Below, in pieces: positions 47,980-57,253 of a stretch of 64,000 nucleotides of DNA (position 1 is the first letter of the stretch; each line of letters starts with the position of its first letter). Where the stretch lies: the UHGV virus genome UHGV-2031204; one strand, 5' to 3'. The DNA comes from a virus. A program made the translations under genes and the position numbers. Below the pieces are notes generated by a model. The model was not told where the DNA came from, did no database searches, and saw only the letters and a program-made list of their open reading frames with translations.

Positions 47980-48528
47980 ATGTATAAAATTGCTATTATT
48001 GGTTCTCGAGAAACGCCCGAAGACACGATGCAAGAAATGTTGGATGTGTTGCAACGTGGGTTCAAAATTCTTCGTAATAAACAGCACAGTATCGAAACCC
48101 GATCAGGGGGTTGTTATAAAGGACCAGACCAACTACAGTTTATGTTAGCACGTACTGAACCAGGTCTACATATTTGCTATTTGCCCGACGATCGTAAGTT
48201 GTGGTTACGTAAGTTACATCCGAATGTGGATTTTCGCGTTATTCCACAAGACGTCCGTTATCGTGGGATTGTGGCATCGCTTCACCCTAATCCTGATAAG
48301 CTATCGGAAATAGCTTGGGCGTTGCATGGACGAAACTTAAATATTGTATCCGGTGATTCTTTGGACGATCATGTAGACGCCGTCTATTATTACGCCGAGC
48401 ATGATAAAAAGGGAAATCCAAAAGGGGGTACGGCGATGGGTGTCCGCTACGCACAGTCACTGAACATCCCTTGCTATTATCATGTTACGGATGCATCTAA
48501 GTGGTTAGAAGACCTACGCTTATTATGA
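47980..48528 (+). CDS. DprA/SLOG-like Rossmann-fold protein (DUF2493/DprA-like GSR motif)
   Basis: N-terminal YKIAIIGSRE resembles the DprA VAIVGSR motif; followed by SGG..G.D; assignment tentative. Confidence 0.4.
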   Translation: MYKIAIIGSRETPEDTMQEMLDVLQRGFKILRNKQHSIETRSGGCYKGPDQLQFMLARTEPGLHICYLPDDRKLWLRKLHPNVDFRVIPQDVRYRGIVASLHPNPDKLSEIAWALHGRNLNIVSGDSLDDHVDAVYYYAEHDKKGNPKGGTAMGVRYAQSLNIPCYYHVTDASKWLEDLRLL

Positions 48529-48578
48529 AGTTAGTCAGGGCGGGCTTCTCCCCGCTTTAGCTTAAAATGGGGTAAAGG

Positions 48579-49712
48579 ATGTCAACATTAGATTCCGATT
48601 TAGAAGTCCTTTGCGATGACTACGATCGATTGGTCGCGTTAGAATCGCTTAATGTTAAAGACAACTATCCGGCGGTTGTCGCTATCCGAAAACGGTGGGC
48701 TTTAGATGATGTCCACGTTGCGTTGGAGTCCGCAGCGATGATGGAACGCGCGCAATTTGTTGCGGACACCGAGCCTTACGCAGGGGTAGGTAAAGCGGTC
48801 GCACGCGCGACCGGCAGAGCGGTTAAGGGAGTTGGACGCGTTGCTGGAAAAGCAGCAGTGGCAGGAGCCAAAGCGTCTGGAAAATTCGCAGGTAAACATT
48901 CTAAGCAACTGGCCTTACGTTTTATCGACTTCGCGGAAGCCGCTGGTAAAGAAGTTATTAATGAACTGAAAGAAGCGACGTCCAAAGCATCGTCGTTAGA
49001 GCGGAAGCTACAGAAGTTAGAAGCACGTTTAAGTTTACTCGGTATCAAGGACACCTTAAAACCGGTTGACTGTGACACAGGAAGTTGGACAACCAAAGTT
49101 TGTTTAGAAGACAAGCCTAACGTAAAAGCATGTATTGAGTTCAGTAAGAACCTGAGCGCAATGGATGCGATGGTCAACGAGTATACTGTTAAAACACGTA
49201 CGTTAATCGGTAAGAGCAAGAAAGTTACCGAGAGCGGTTTGGAGAAAGTGGGCCGGTCAACGAACTGGGCGATTAAACGAAGCGCAGGACTGTTCGGTAT
49301 TATCGATCCGTTTAAAACGGTGAAAGCATATCCGTGGCCAGGTAACGTGGTGGTCGTTGAACACGACAGCGGTAAGATTGAGTGGGCGATTGCCCGCGAT
49401 GGTGATTTTGGCCACACAATTAAATCTCTGAACTTGCACGAAATCGGTTCAGCATTCGACGCCGTTAGAAACATTATCCGAGCGTTACGTCAGCGTGGTG
49501 CGAAACGACGTAGTGTTGGGTATACAGGAATTTATGATGAAATTCAACGTATGCGTAAGGAACTTAAGTCGCTTGAAGGGCGGGAGTTACGCGACGCTAC
49601 CGTACGTTATAAAAACGCACTGCGTTTAGAAGATGCGTTTACTACCTCGTTAGTGCGCGTTGCGGAAGGGTTACTGGAATGGTGCAGGTTGTCGCTGATT
49701 GAGGTTAAATAA
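48579..49712 (+). CDS. hypothetical protein with G/A/K-rich repeat region
   Basis: 377 aa; GKAVARATGRAVKGVGRVAGKAAVAGAKASGKFAGK low-complexity block. Confidence 0.55.
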   Translation: MSTLDSDLEVLCDDYDRLVALESLNVKDNYPAVVAIRKRWALDDVHVALESAAMMERAQFVADTEPYAGVGKAVARATGRAVKGVGRVAGKAAVAGAKASGKFAGKHSKQLALRFIDFAEAAGKEVINELKEATSKASSLERKLQKLEARLSLLGIKDTLKPVDCDTGSWTTKVCLEDKPNVKACIEFSKNLSAMDAMVNEYTVKTRTLIGKSKKVTESGLEKVGRSTNWAIKRSAGLFGIIDPFKTVKAYPWPGNVVVVEHDSGKIEWAIARDGDFGHTIKSLNLHEIGSAFDAVRNIIRALRQRGAKRRSVGYTGIYDEIQRMRKELKSLEGRELRDATVRYKNALRLEDAFTTSLVRVAEGLLEWCRLSLIEVK

Positions 49713-50179
49713 TGCGTATTACTATTATTCTCAAACCCGACAGTAAATACGGAAAGTTATACGGCGACCAGGTACTCAAACTGCACAACATGCTGTTCGC
49801 AGAAGAGAAAGTGCGTATTAGTCAGTTAACCGGTCGCGACACGTTCAACCCAATTGAACACTTAGAAGAGATTTGGCCCCAAGATTATCTCTGTGCGTGT
49901 GCCGTGGATGTCAACGAACAACTTCTGGGTTTCATGACGTTCTCAATAGGTTCTTGCTCGAAGGACACATTTGTTTATATTGGGAACTACTATGTGATTC
50001 CCGAAGCGCGTTCTCAGGGGGTAGGGCGTGCGCTTATGGACAAAGTCCGTGAATACGGAAAGTCCAAAGGTTGCGGTTGGATGAGTTTGGATGTGCTGGA
50101 CAACAACGTTAAAGCTATCTCCTTGTATGAGAAAATGGGATTCCGTACTGAATGCAGGGAAATGATAAAGGAAATCTAA
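49712..50179 (+). CDS. GNAT family N-acetyltransferase
   Basis: YYVIPEARSQGVGRALMDKV (motif A Q/R-x-x-G-x-G) and LYEKMGF. Confidence 0.65.
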   Translation: MRITIILKPDSKYGKLYGDQVLKLHNMLFAEEKVRISQLTGRDTFNPIEHLEEIWPQDYLCACAVDVNEQLLGFMTFSIGSCSKDTFVYIGNYYVIPEARSQGVGRALMDKVREYGKSKGCGWMSLDVLDNNVKAISLYEKMGFRTECREMIKEI

Positions 50180-50180
50180 A

Positions 50181-50813
50181 ATGGCTGCAAGATTAGTACC
50201 GTTTCATGACGGGTCTAGATATACTTTTGGTGTAGAGCGTTACGCTGTGGGTTTTCGTCCTGGTTGGAGAGTGGTACGAATCGATAAAGCGTGTTGGTGT
50301 TTACCGACCGGCATTTTTGATTACTTTACACCTGAAGCTTTAACGCGGTTTGTTTCTCTGGGTTCACCCACTCAACGTGCGGCGTGGGAAAAGAATATCC
50401 GTTGCCGTTATTTGGGTAAAACACGAAACGCGACAGTCCGTGGCGTTTATCACGTAAGAAGTCGTTGGTTACACGTCGAGCCGACACACCCACGATGTGC
50501 AGTCACACCCTTTAATGGGGAGTATAAAGGTCAGGTATACACAGGATTGCATTTTGCTTTTCCAGACAACCCCGATCTTAATTACTTTTTAGCCACCCAG
50601 AAAAACGTTACGTTGTCTACGTTCTATAAATACCTTTTGTTCTATCCTGCGTATGTCGTTGCAGAATTTGAACACAAAGCATTTCCTCTGCCATACGGTA
50701 GAGACAGGAGATTAGCAGGATGTTCTATCGAGAACTTCAGCAATACACCGACGCTCTCCGAAAAGCGACCATCGATGCAGACAACAACCTCAGAGATGTC
50801 GTTAGCACTATAG
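50181..50813 (+). CDS. hypothetical protein
   Basis: 210 aa; 3-prime end overlaps next gene by 94 nt. Confidence 0.5.
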   Translation: MAARLVPFHDGSRYTFGVERYAVGFRPGWRVVRIDKACWCLPTGIFDYFTPEALTRFVSLGSPTQRAAWEKNIRCRYLGKTRNATVRGVYHVRSRWLHVEPTHPRCAVTPFNGEYKGQVYTGLHFAFPDNPDLNYFLATQKNVTLSTFYKYLLFYPAYVVAEFEHKAFPLPYGRDRRLAGCSIENFSNTPTLSEKRPSMQTTTSEMSLAL

Positions 50814-51091
50814 AACAGTGTTCGGATGTATTGTATGCGGAAACGATTGAATCACCAACTCACGACGGTGTGAAATCGCTCCAGCTACACGTTTGTAGTA
50901 AACACGGGAGTCTGTCGTTAAACTTCCGTGTAGGTTTAGATTATTACATGGTTCGTAAGAGCTATTTAAGTTGCGACGGCGACCTCTATCCGGTTGTCTG
51001 GAACAACGACTATTCTAAGTTTGTTTATCCGCTTGAAGAACACCGACGCACGGTTTACGAATTTGTGAAAGCTGTTCTTGAGGGGTTCTAA
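50720..51091 (+). CDS. hypothetical protein
   Basis: AGGAGA RBS before ATG 50720, located inside the 3-prime end of the upstream gene. Confidence 0.5.
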   Translation: MFYRELQQYTDALRKATIDADNNLRDVVSTIEQCSDVLYAETIESPTHDGVKSLQLHVCSKHGSLSLNFRVGLDYYMVRKSYLSCDGDLYPVVWNNDYSKFVYPLEEHRRTVYEFVKAVLEGF

Positions 51092-51105
51092 GAGAGGGCC
51101 TTGTA

Positions 51106-51711
51106 ATGTCAGAGATGATTCTCGATTCATTACTATTGATTACAGTATCGTATATCAACAAAACGGGCAAGTTGCCTAAGCGTGGCGTTACTATCGAACG
51201 CGACGGGTTTAAACATCGCTATCCCTTAACGAAAATTTTGGATTTAGCTGCACGTTTAGCCAAGATGCGTCGTCCGAATAGCGAAGCGGCACCGAAATAC
51301 GTTTTACTAGTTTTACAACGCGCGATTTCTGAGGTGCGTCGTAAACGCCGTCGTGCCGCGTTTCGATTTTATCCCAATTCGACGCAACAAGTGGTGGGGG
51401 AATACAACGATATGGTTGTCGATCTTCGTGCAGGTCGGAGTAATGTAACCGGGCTGGCGTATAACCGCCTTAAACGCATTCTGGACGACAGTGATGCTTT
51501 AACCACGCCACAGGAGGGACAAGCGGCTCTAACGCTTCTACGTGGCGCTGAGCTCGTTATTGTGGACACTGCCGTGCAGGCAGCAAGAATGCAACACTAT
51601 CTTGCTAAACAAGGGTTAGTCTTGCTGTGCGTAACGTCTGCACAGGCTGCTAATCTCACCGCACCACAAACGTCAGAAGTGTGGAGTGATCCGATTGTTG
51701 ATCACCAATAA
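51106..51711 (+). CDS. hypothetical protein
   Basis: 201 aa, AGAGGG RBS; followed by terminator. Confidence 0.55.
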   Translation: MSEMILDSLLLITVSYINKTGKLPKRGVTIERDGFKHRYPLTKILDLAARLAKMRRPNSEAAPKYVLLVLQRAISEVRRKRRRAAFRFYPNSTQQVVGEYNDMVVDLRAGRSNVTGLAYNRLKRILDDSDALTTPQEGQAALTLLRGAELVIVDTAVQAARMQHYLAKQGLVLLCVTSAQAANLTAPQTSEVWSDPIVDHQ

Positions 51712-51718
51712 AACCTTA

Positions 51719-51756
51719 CCCCTACTTAACGGTAGGGGCGGGTTTCTTTTTTTACC
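51719..51756 (+). terminator. rho-independent terminator
   Basis: CCCCTAC/GTAGGGG stem then GGGTTTCTTTTTTT. Confidence 0.65.
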
Positions 51757-51769
51757 CTAAATTTTATTA

Positions 51770-51816
51770 CAGATTGATATTATCAATGTGACAACCGTAG
51801 TGAGTCGGTAACTCAC
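51770..51816 (+). promoter_or_regulatory. possible regulatory region with two palindromes
   Basis: TTGATATTATCAA palindrome and GTGAGTCGGTAACTCAC dyad after terminator, before gene 51842. Confidence 0.3.
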
Positions 51817-51841
51817 CAATTTAAAAAAAGAGAGATAAATT

Positions 51842-52456
51842 ATGGAAATTAAGCGCTTTGAACTCCCTAACAACTACACTTTAGTTGAAGTTGCTGAAAA
51901 TGAAATTGGCGAAAATAGAAAGAATGCGGGCTTTGTCTCGAAAAATTCGCTTTTGATTTATGAAGGTGAGAAATTAAAGTATACCGTCGGTCATCTCTTC
52001 ACTGAAAATGGAAAACTCTGGGAATCGCAGTACGAAAGACTGTTGTCGAAATTCCGTTCCCAATTATTGCTGAGATACCTTCGCGATGAGGAAGACTATA
52101 AACTCTTTGTAACAAAAGAACAACTATTGGCTGATAAATATCCCGCTTATACTGCATGTTTAGCAGCTCTTAAATTGGTCGGCGGTTATGAGGAGTTCGT
52201 GGCGGGCAGTAGCAATTTTGCTATCTCACGACACAGAGATCGCGTCATCATCAAAGATTTTGAGGTGACCCATATACGTACTGTCACGCTCAGCCTCAAG
52301 CATCCTGAAAAGGTGAGTATCGATGACCGGTACGTCATTGCAAACAAGGCCATTTCTTTTACAGCGAAATACCATACCGTCGGTTACCCTACGAGTAAGG
52401 AAGTGTACGAAGAACGTAACCTTGAGAGCTTAATTTCCACATATTTTGAATTGTAA
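51842..52456 (+). CDS. hypothetical protein
   Basis: 204 aa, AGAGAG RBS; preceded by two palindromes (51770-51816). Confidence 0.55.
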   Translation: MEIKRFELPNNYTLVEVAENEIGENRKNAGFVSKNSLLIYEGEKLKYTVGHLFTENGKLWESQYERLLSKFRSQLLLRYLRDEEDYKLFVTKEQLLADKYPAYTACLAALKLVGGYEEFVAGSSNFAISRHRDRVIIKDFEVTHIRTVTLSLKHPEKVSIDDRYVIANKAISFTAKYHTVGYPTSKEVYEERNLESLISTYFEL

Positions 52457-52464
52457 GTAAAACT

Positions 52465-52490
52465 AAGGGGTGTTTTTTACACCCCTTTTA
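52465..52490 (+). terminator. possible terminator (weak T tail)
   Basis: AAGGGGTG/CACCCCTT stem with short T-run. Confidence 0.4.
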
Positions 52491-52518
52491 TCTAAAAGCG
52501 CGTAAAGGTAAAACAATA

Positions 52519-53142
52519 ATGCTTAAGACCGTGTCTATTGATGGTCCTGATTTTTCTGGGAAATCAACGTTGTGTAAAATGGTAAAAGCGATGTTGGAGT
52601 CCGCAGGATTAAAAGTGTGTATTCGGAACCATCCGACGTCTGAAACCGAGGCGGGTATTCGTGCACGTAGCTTGGTTGTACAGTCTGCTTCGAAAACAAA
52701 AATTGCTGAAGCAATGTGTGATGACTTCCTTCACACGTTAGACCATGTTGTTGACGAGTACGATGTTGTTATTTTCGATCGCTTCTGCCCTTCAACGATT
52801 GTTTATCAGGGGACAGATGGCAAGGACGTGGTTTTCCAACGTAAGCTAACTCGTCATTTCCACGCACCCGACCTTTATGTTTGGACAGATGTTGATTACC
52901 CAACAGCGTTAGCGCGATTTAAGAAACGTGTAGAAGAACAAGGTAAGAATTGGGACGATGAGGTACTTACGGTTAAGTACCTAAAGGACAACCAATCTTG
53001 GGATGGCTTACGCGACCATTATCGTTTCGCGCATCACATCTTAACAGAAGGTGGTTGTCTTCACGCATTATTACCAGTAACGCAGAATGACGATTACCGT
53101 TTGAAAGCCGCTGAGATTGTTACGCACATTTTAGCAAACTAA
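52519..53142 (+). CDS. tmk: thymidylate kinase-like nucleoside monophosphate kinase
   Basis: P-loop IDGPDFSGKST, DRF...YQG motif resembling Tmk DR...AYQG. Confidence 0.6.
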   Translation: MLKTVSIDGPDFSGKSTLCKMVKAMLESAGLKVCIRNHPTSETEAGIRARSLVVQSASKTKIAEAMCDDFLHTLDHVVDEYDVVIFDRFCPSTIVYQGTDGKDVVFQRKLTRHFHAPDLYVWTDVDYPTALARFKKRVEEQGKNWDDEVLTVKYLKDNQSWDGLRDHYRFAHHILTEGGCLHALLPVTQNDDYRLKAAEIVTHILAN

Positions 53143-53148
53143 CCGCTT

Positions 53149-53187
53149 AGGTACCACCCAACGGTGGTACCTATATTTTATTTTTTC
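53149..53187 (+). terminator. rho-independent terminator
   Basis: AGGTACCACC/GGTGGTACCT stem then T-run. Confidence 0.7.
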
Positions 53188-53188
53188 T

Positions 53189-53226
53189 CAGATATATTTT
53201 ACTTAGGTGAGAGTTATGATTAACTC
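53189..53226 (+). promoter_or_regulatory. conserved promoter-like motif plus dyad (copy 3)
   Basis: CAGATATATTTTACTTAGGTGAGA then GAGTTATGATTAACTC; between terminator and HTH gene. Confidence 0.5.
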
Positions 53227-53262
53227 TTTACACCGACTTGTTAACCTAAAGGAGTATTTACA

Positions 53263-53622
53263 ATGGCTTACAATCACAATTCCATCGTTCTGGCAAAACG
53301 TAAATTCGGTCTTCACTTGTCTTACGTAATTCGTCATTTGACCACAAAAGACATTACCCAGCGTGAACTTGCCCAGCTTGCGAAAGTTTCACAACCTGTT
53401 ATCTCGTCTATTAAGAACGATCACTCAGAACGTTTAAGTTTACCGATTATGATGAAAGTTGCTGATGCGATTCGTCTGAAATACCAGATTAGTTTTAATT
53501 CCGTTAAGGGTCGTTGCTCAGTAACCGTTCACGTAGAGTCCGCGTTAGACTACGTTGCAAACACGTCCATTAAACGCACCACGAAGAATGTGCGTTTTAT
53601 CACTAACACCGCAACACACTAA
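53263..53622 (+). CDS. XRE-family helix-turn-helix DNA-binding protein
   Basis: ITQRELAQLAKVSQPVISSIKN matches the HTH_XRE pattern; first gene after motif and dyad at 53189-53226. Confidence 0.55.
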   Translation: MAYNHNSIVLAKRKFGLHLSYVIRHLTTKDITQRELAQLAKVSQPVISSIKNDHSERLSLPIMMKVADAIRLKYQISFNSVKGRCSVTVHVESALDYVANTSIKRTTKNVRFITNTATH

Positions 53623-53643
53623 TCAACCTTAAGGAGTATTATC

Positions 53644-54315
53644 ATGCCACCGAAAATTGGTAAAACTGTAATTGAAGAAACTGTAAAGAACGAGACTAAA
53701 GCCAATGAAGTTCAACATGCTGCGAAGGTTGAACTTTTACCCTGCGTTAATGAAATACTCGGGGTGAAATTCTTAACTTTTAGCCCGCATACTGACCTGG
53801 TTTTCGATCTTTATCAAGACCAGCCTTTCAACCTATTCACACTTGTCTGTACTTATAATGGCGATGTTCTGGCAGTTGCTCCTGCTCTTAATAGAGACAA
53901 GTTACTTACAGGTACGGTTATTACTGAAATTCTTCTGCGGTTAATGCATAAGTTTGAAGGGCCTGAACTTGACAAAATCGCTGTTAAGTTAGCTGACCTA
54001 CTAGTCAATGCTGCCGTCTGGTTGAGTTTTAACCCTTCTATCTATTTCCATTTCAATACAAATATTCTTCACGCCGTAACAGACGATGGTAAAAAGTATC
54101 GCATCTTAATTAAGGGTGGGGTGCAACAACCTTTGTTCTCTAGACAAAACTGCCATATTAAGTTTTCGCCTGACTTGGTAGAAGTTTACGGCCAGCGAGT
54201 AGCGGATGGCCACTACGAGGTCCATCTCAGATTTTTCAATTACCTGTATGAAAAATTAGGGAAAGCTGGCTTGACACCCAATCTTGCTTTCACAAGTTCT
54301 GCCCCTTTTGCGTGA
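53644..54315 (+). CDS. hypothetical protein
   Basis: 223 aa, AAGGAG RBS; terminator follows. Confidence 0.55.
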   Translation: MPPKIGKTVIEETVKNETKANEVQHAAKVELLPCVNEILGVKFLTFSPHTDLVFDLYQDQPFNLFTLVCTYNGDVLAVAPALNRDKLLTGTVITEILLRLMHKFEGPELDKIAVKLADLLVNAAVWLSFNPSIYFHFNTNILHAVTDDGKKYRILIKGGVQQPLFSRQNCHIKFSPDLVEVYGQRVADGHYEVHLRFFNYLYEKLGKAGLTPNLAFTSSAPFA

Positions 54316-54327
54316 TGTTTAATAATT

Positions 54328-54362
54328 GGGGAACTTCGGTTCCCCTTTCTTTTTTTGTTTTT
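54328..54362 (+). terminator. rho-independent terminator
   Basis: GGGGAAC-TTCG-GTTCCCC then T-run. Confidence 0.75.
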
Positions 54363-54410
54363 ACAGCTTTAGCGTATTGTTTTGAGACGACCTTTTAAGG
54401 AGTAATTAAC

Positions 54411-55409
54411 ATGGCTTTTAGGATGATTATAAAACATACCGCCACAGATTTAACAGTAGGTCGGTTAGCACGTAGAGATATTCGCAACCCTCAACTTCAG
54501 GCATGTTTATCGGGCCCTAACGGTGCTGTGATTCGTGAGGCGTTGTGCAATAGTGAACTGAATACGTTCTCTTTACAAAAAGGAAAAACAATTCAAGGGT
54601 TTATCATCACAAAACACATTTACGGTGACCCAACGTTACACTGCTTGTATATGCATGAAATTGTACCGGGCTGTTTGAACAAACTGAACCTACTATTGGT
54701 ACTCGACTATACCGGTTTTACGTATCTTAATCGAATCGCCAGTGGTGTAGAAGAAATCGCCGAACTTAATGACTTAGGATTTAAACACACCCGCACTACG
54801 TACCGTTTAGGTACACGCTCGTTGTTGGATATCGCTCTACCAACAAACGTGAAGAACGTCTCCGGCGATTTTTATAAAGAGTTAACCGCCGCACAACGCG
54901 AACAGCTTATGTTGCTTTTGGGTACGAGCGTCGTTGAAAACATCAACGCTGACCCTGTGGGCCGCACACGACAAATAATGCCGCAAGTCGAAACGTTGGT
55001 GGAGCTAGTACGCCACGTCAACCACCACACTTACGTTTGGATGGACGCTAACGATGTTGTGGGTGTGGTGCAAGTTAAATTGCGTAATCTTAACGAGTGT
55101 GAATTAAAAGCCATTGCGGTAAATGAAACACATCGTGGTCGTGGTATCGGACGGACTTTGTTGTATCGTGCTCTACAGATTGCTTCGACAACAGCGGCAC
55201 CATTAGAGATAGGGTGTTTCAATAACAACGCACCGTTTAGACACTTGGCCGTCGATTTATTTAAATTTCGACCTTTCGAATACGAATTTGTTTTAGTGCG
55301 CGACGAAAACGTCGTCAGTTGGGAGCGTCAGAAAAATCATGTCAAGTTGGTGTTAGACGACGAAGTGTCATCGTTACAAGGCGGATATAATGCGGAAACC
55401 AATTATTAA
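54411..55409 (+). CDS. GNAT acetyltransferase-domain protein (C-terminal GNAT, N-terminal unknown domain)
   Basis: C-terminal LKAIAVNETHRGRGIGRTLLYRAL motif A-like block. Confidence 0.5.
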   Translation: MAFRMIIKHTATDLTVGRLARRDIRNPQLQACLSGPNGAVIREALCNSELNTFSLQKGKTIQGFIITKHIYGDPTLHCLYMHEIVPGCLNKLNLLLVLDYTGFTYLNRIASGVEEIAELNDLGFKHTRTTYRLGTRSLLDIALPTNVKNVSGDFYKELTAAQREQLMLLLGTSVVENINADPVGRTRQIMPQVETLVELVRHVNHHTYVWMDANDVVGVVQVKLRNLNECELKAIAVNETHRGRGIGRTLLYRALQIASTTAAPLEIGCFNNNAPFRHLAVDLFKFRPFEYEFVLVRDENVVSWERQKNHVKLVLDDEVSSLQGGYNAETNY

Positions 55410-56205
55410 GTGGATGGGTGGGAAAACACGCGTTTTAGGGGAATTACAAAAGGTCTTACCTAAACGTACAACCTTTGTAGAACCGTTTGTGGGTGCAGGG
55501 TCTGTTTTCCTAAATACGAATTACAGCCGGTATATTTTATCGGATTCTAACCCCGATTTGATACGCTTACTTTGTGTTGCGCGTGAACAGCCTGAAGAAC
55601 TGATCGCCGCGTCGCAGCCGTTGTTCTTAGACGGTAATACCGCCGTAAAGTATATGGAACGTCGTGAGCTCTTTAATAGCGGTAAATCGATGTCAGAAGT
55701 TGAACGGGCAGCGATGTTTTTATACTTAATGCGTCACGGCTATAACGGGATGTGTCGCTATAACAGTAGTGGTGGGTTCAATGTTCCGTTTGGTCGTTAC
55801 CCGAATGGGGTTTATTACCCATTAGAAGAAATTCGGGATTGGGCTAAACGTTGCGCAGAAGTTGATTATCTGGAAATTGTTTGTGAGGACTTTCGTTCTG
55901 TATTAGCGCGGACACCTGAGGATGCTGTGATTTATGCTGATCCTCCTTATATTCCGTTATCGGATACCGCGAAACATGCGCAATACCACCGTAAAGAATT
56001 CTCACAAACGGATCATCGAGAATTAGCCAAGTTACTACAGCAGCAGGTGGAACGTGGCAACAGCGTCGTGCTGTCAAATGCAGACACCCTGCTCACCCGA
56101 GAAATTTATTACGGTTTTGAGTGGCGCAGTATTGAGGTCGGTCGCTATATGGGTGCGTCTGGTGCCGCTCGGAAAACAGTGACTGAACTACTGGGAGTGC
56201 TCTAA
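55390..56205 (+). CDS. dam: DNA adenine methyltransferase (Dam-like, N6-adenine)
   Basis: IIKWMGGKTRVL, VEPFVGAGSVFLNT (AdoMet binding), DPPY catalytic motif, FLYLMRHGYNGMCRYN; collinear with E. coli/T4 Dam. Confidence 0.85.
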   Translation: MRKPIIKWMGGKTRVLGELQKVLPKRTTFVEPFVGAGSVFLNTNYSRYILSDSNPDLIRLLCVAREQPEELIAASQPLFLDGNTAVKYMERRELFNSGKSMSEVERAAMFLYLMRHGYNGMCRYNSSGGFNVPFGRYPNGVYYPLEEIRDWAKRCAEVDYLEIVCEDFRSVLARTPEDAVIYADPPYIPLSDTAKHAQYHRKEFSQTDHRELAKLLQQQVERGNSVVLSNADTLLTREIYYGFEWRSIEVGRYMGASGAARKTVTELLGVL

Positions 56206-56978
56206 TGCGCATAGTGGATATCCACGATTATCGTAATGACCATTTAGCAATTGGTGTGGACGGGAAAATGGTTTCACTAACCCGTGTACGGAAAGGGTTA
56301 TTGGAAAAGGACGTCATACGCGAGTCTGAAGACCCGACCTTTATCATTCTTTCGAACACGAATCAGCTACAAGGAATCTTCTCCGGTCGTGTCGATGGTA
56401 AGTTTTTCTACATGTCGGCAATCGTTGTGTTTGCGAAGAAGAAAATTAATTTCGCACAACTCAAACGTTTGTTAAAAGTGGAGATGTTTGATGTCACATA
56501 CCCTGCCAATGACCTAAAACGTCGTGACCAGTTAATGGTGTATTTGGGTATGCAGCCGACGTCCATCGACTATGACCTGACGTTTACTGAAGAACCCGAA
56601 GTTCGCACCGATTTACCTGATGTAGTTGATATTGAATCTCTAACGTTAGAAGAAACGTTTACGATCCCTAAGGTGGTTAATGTCAGTTTGGATACATACT
56701 GCCTGGGATTGTTAGCTATTGGGGCTGCTGAGGGGCTGTGCTGTCGTAAAGACGGTAAAGTTGAAGGTATCTTAGTCTATTCGAAAATCAACGAAAAGAC
56801 GTTTGCAACCGAAGGTTTCTTCTATAACGACTGTACATACGGGATTGCGCTCTTGACCACATACTACCGTATTGCGTATTTAAAGGGTGCATCCGTGCGT
56901 CTTACTTTTCCATACTCAGCACCTCCAGCAATGTCTGGTGTTGAAGTAGAAGCATTAACTGGCCATTTTATCTTTTAA
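56205..56978 (+). CDS. hypothetical protein
   Basis: 257 aa; start overlaps Dam stop. Confidence 0.55.
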   Translation: MRIVDIHDYRNDHLAIGVDGKMVSLTRVRKGLLEKDVIRESEDPTFIILSNTNQLQGIFSGRVDGKFFYMSAIVVFAKKKINFAQLKRLLKVEMFDVTYPANDLKRRDQLMVYLGMQPTSIDYDLTFTEEPEVRTDLPDVVDIESLTLEETFTIPKVVNVSLDTYCLGLLAIGAAEGLCCRKDGKVEGILVYSKINEKTFATEGFFYNDCTYGIALLTTYYRIAYLKGASVRLTFPYSAPPAMSGVEVEALTGHFIF

Positions 56979-56987
56979 GGACATTGA

Positions 56988-57215
56988 ATGGAAATCAAAC
57001 GTATTGTAACCAAAGACAAAAAGATTACTTATGTTGCAGGCGATAACGAATTCTCGGCGGTTATTAATGACGAGAACGTGCTGATTATCGGTTATCCAGG
57101 TAAAGTCATTACTCGTAGCCATCAGCGCGTGATTGACAAACTCATCGCCAAAGCAAAAGCACGCGATGGTGTTGGTTCAGTACAAACCCATACCGGGTTA
57201 ACGTTGGCACTCTAG
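56988..57215 (+). CDS. hypothetical small protein
   Basis: 75 aa ORF. Confidence 0.5.
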   Translation: MEIKRIVTKDKKITYVAGDNEFSAVINDENVLIIGYPGKVITRSHQRVIDKLIAKAKARDGVGSVQTHTGLTLAL

Positions 57216-57253
57216 CCAGCAGGTAATATGACCTCTTAACTGGAGACTTAGAG

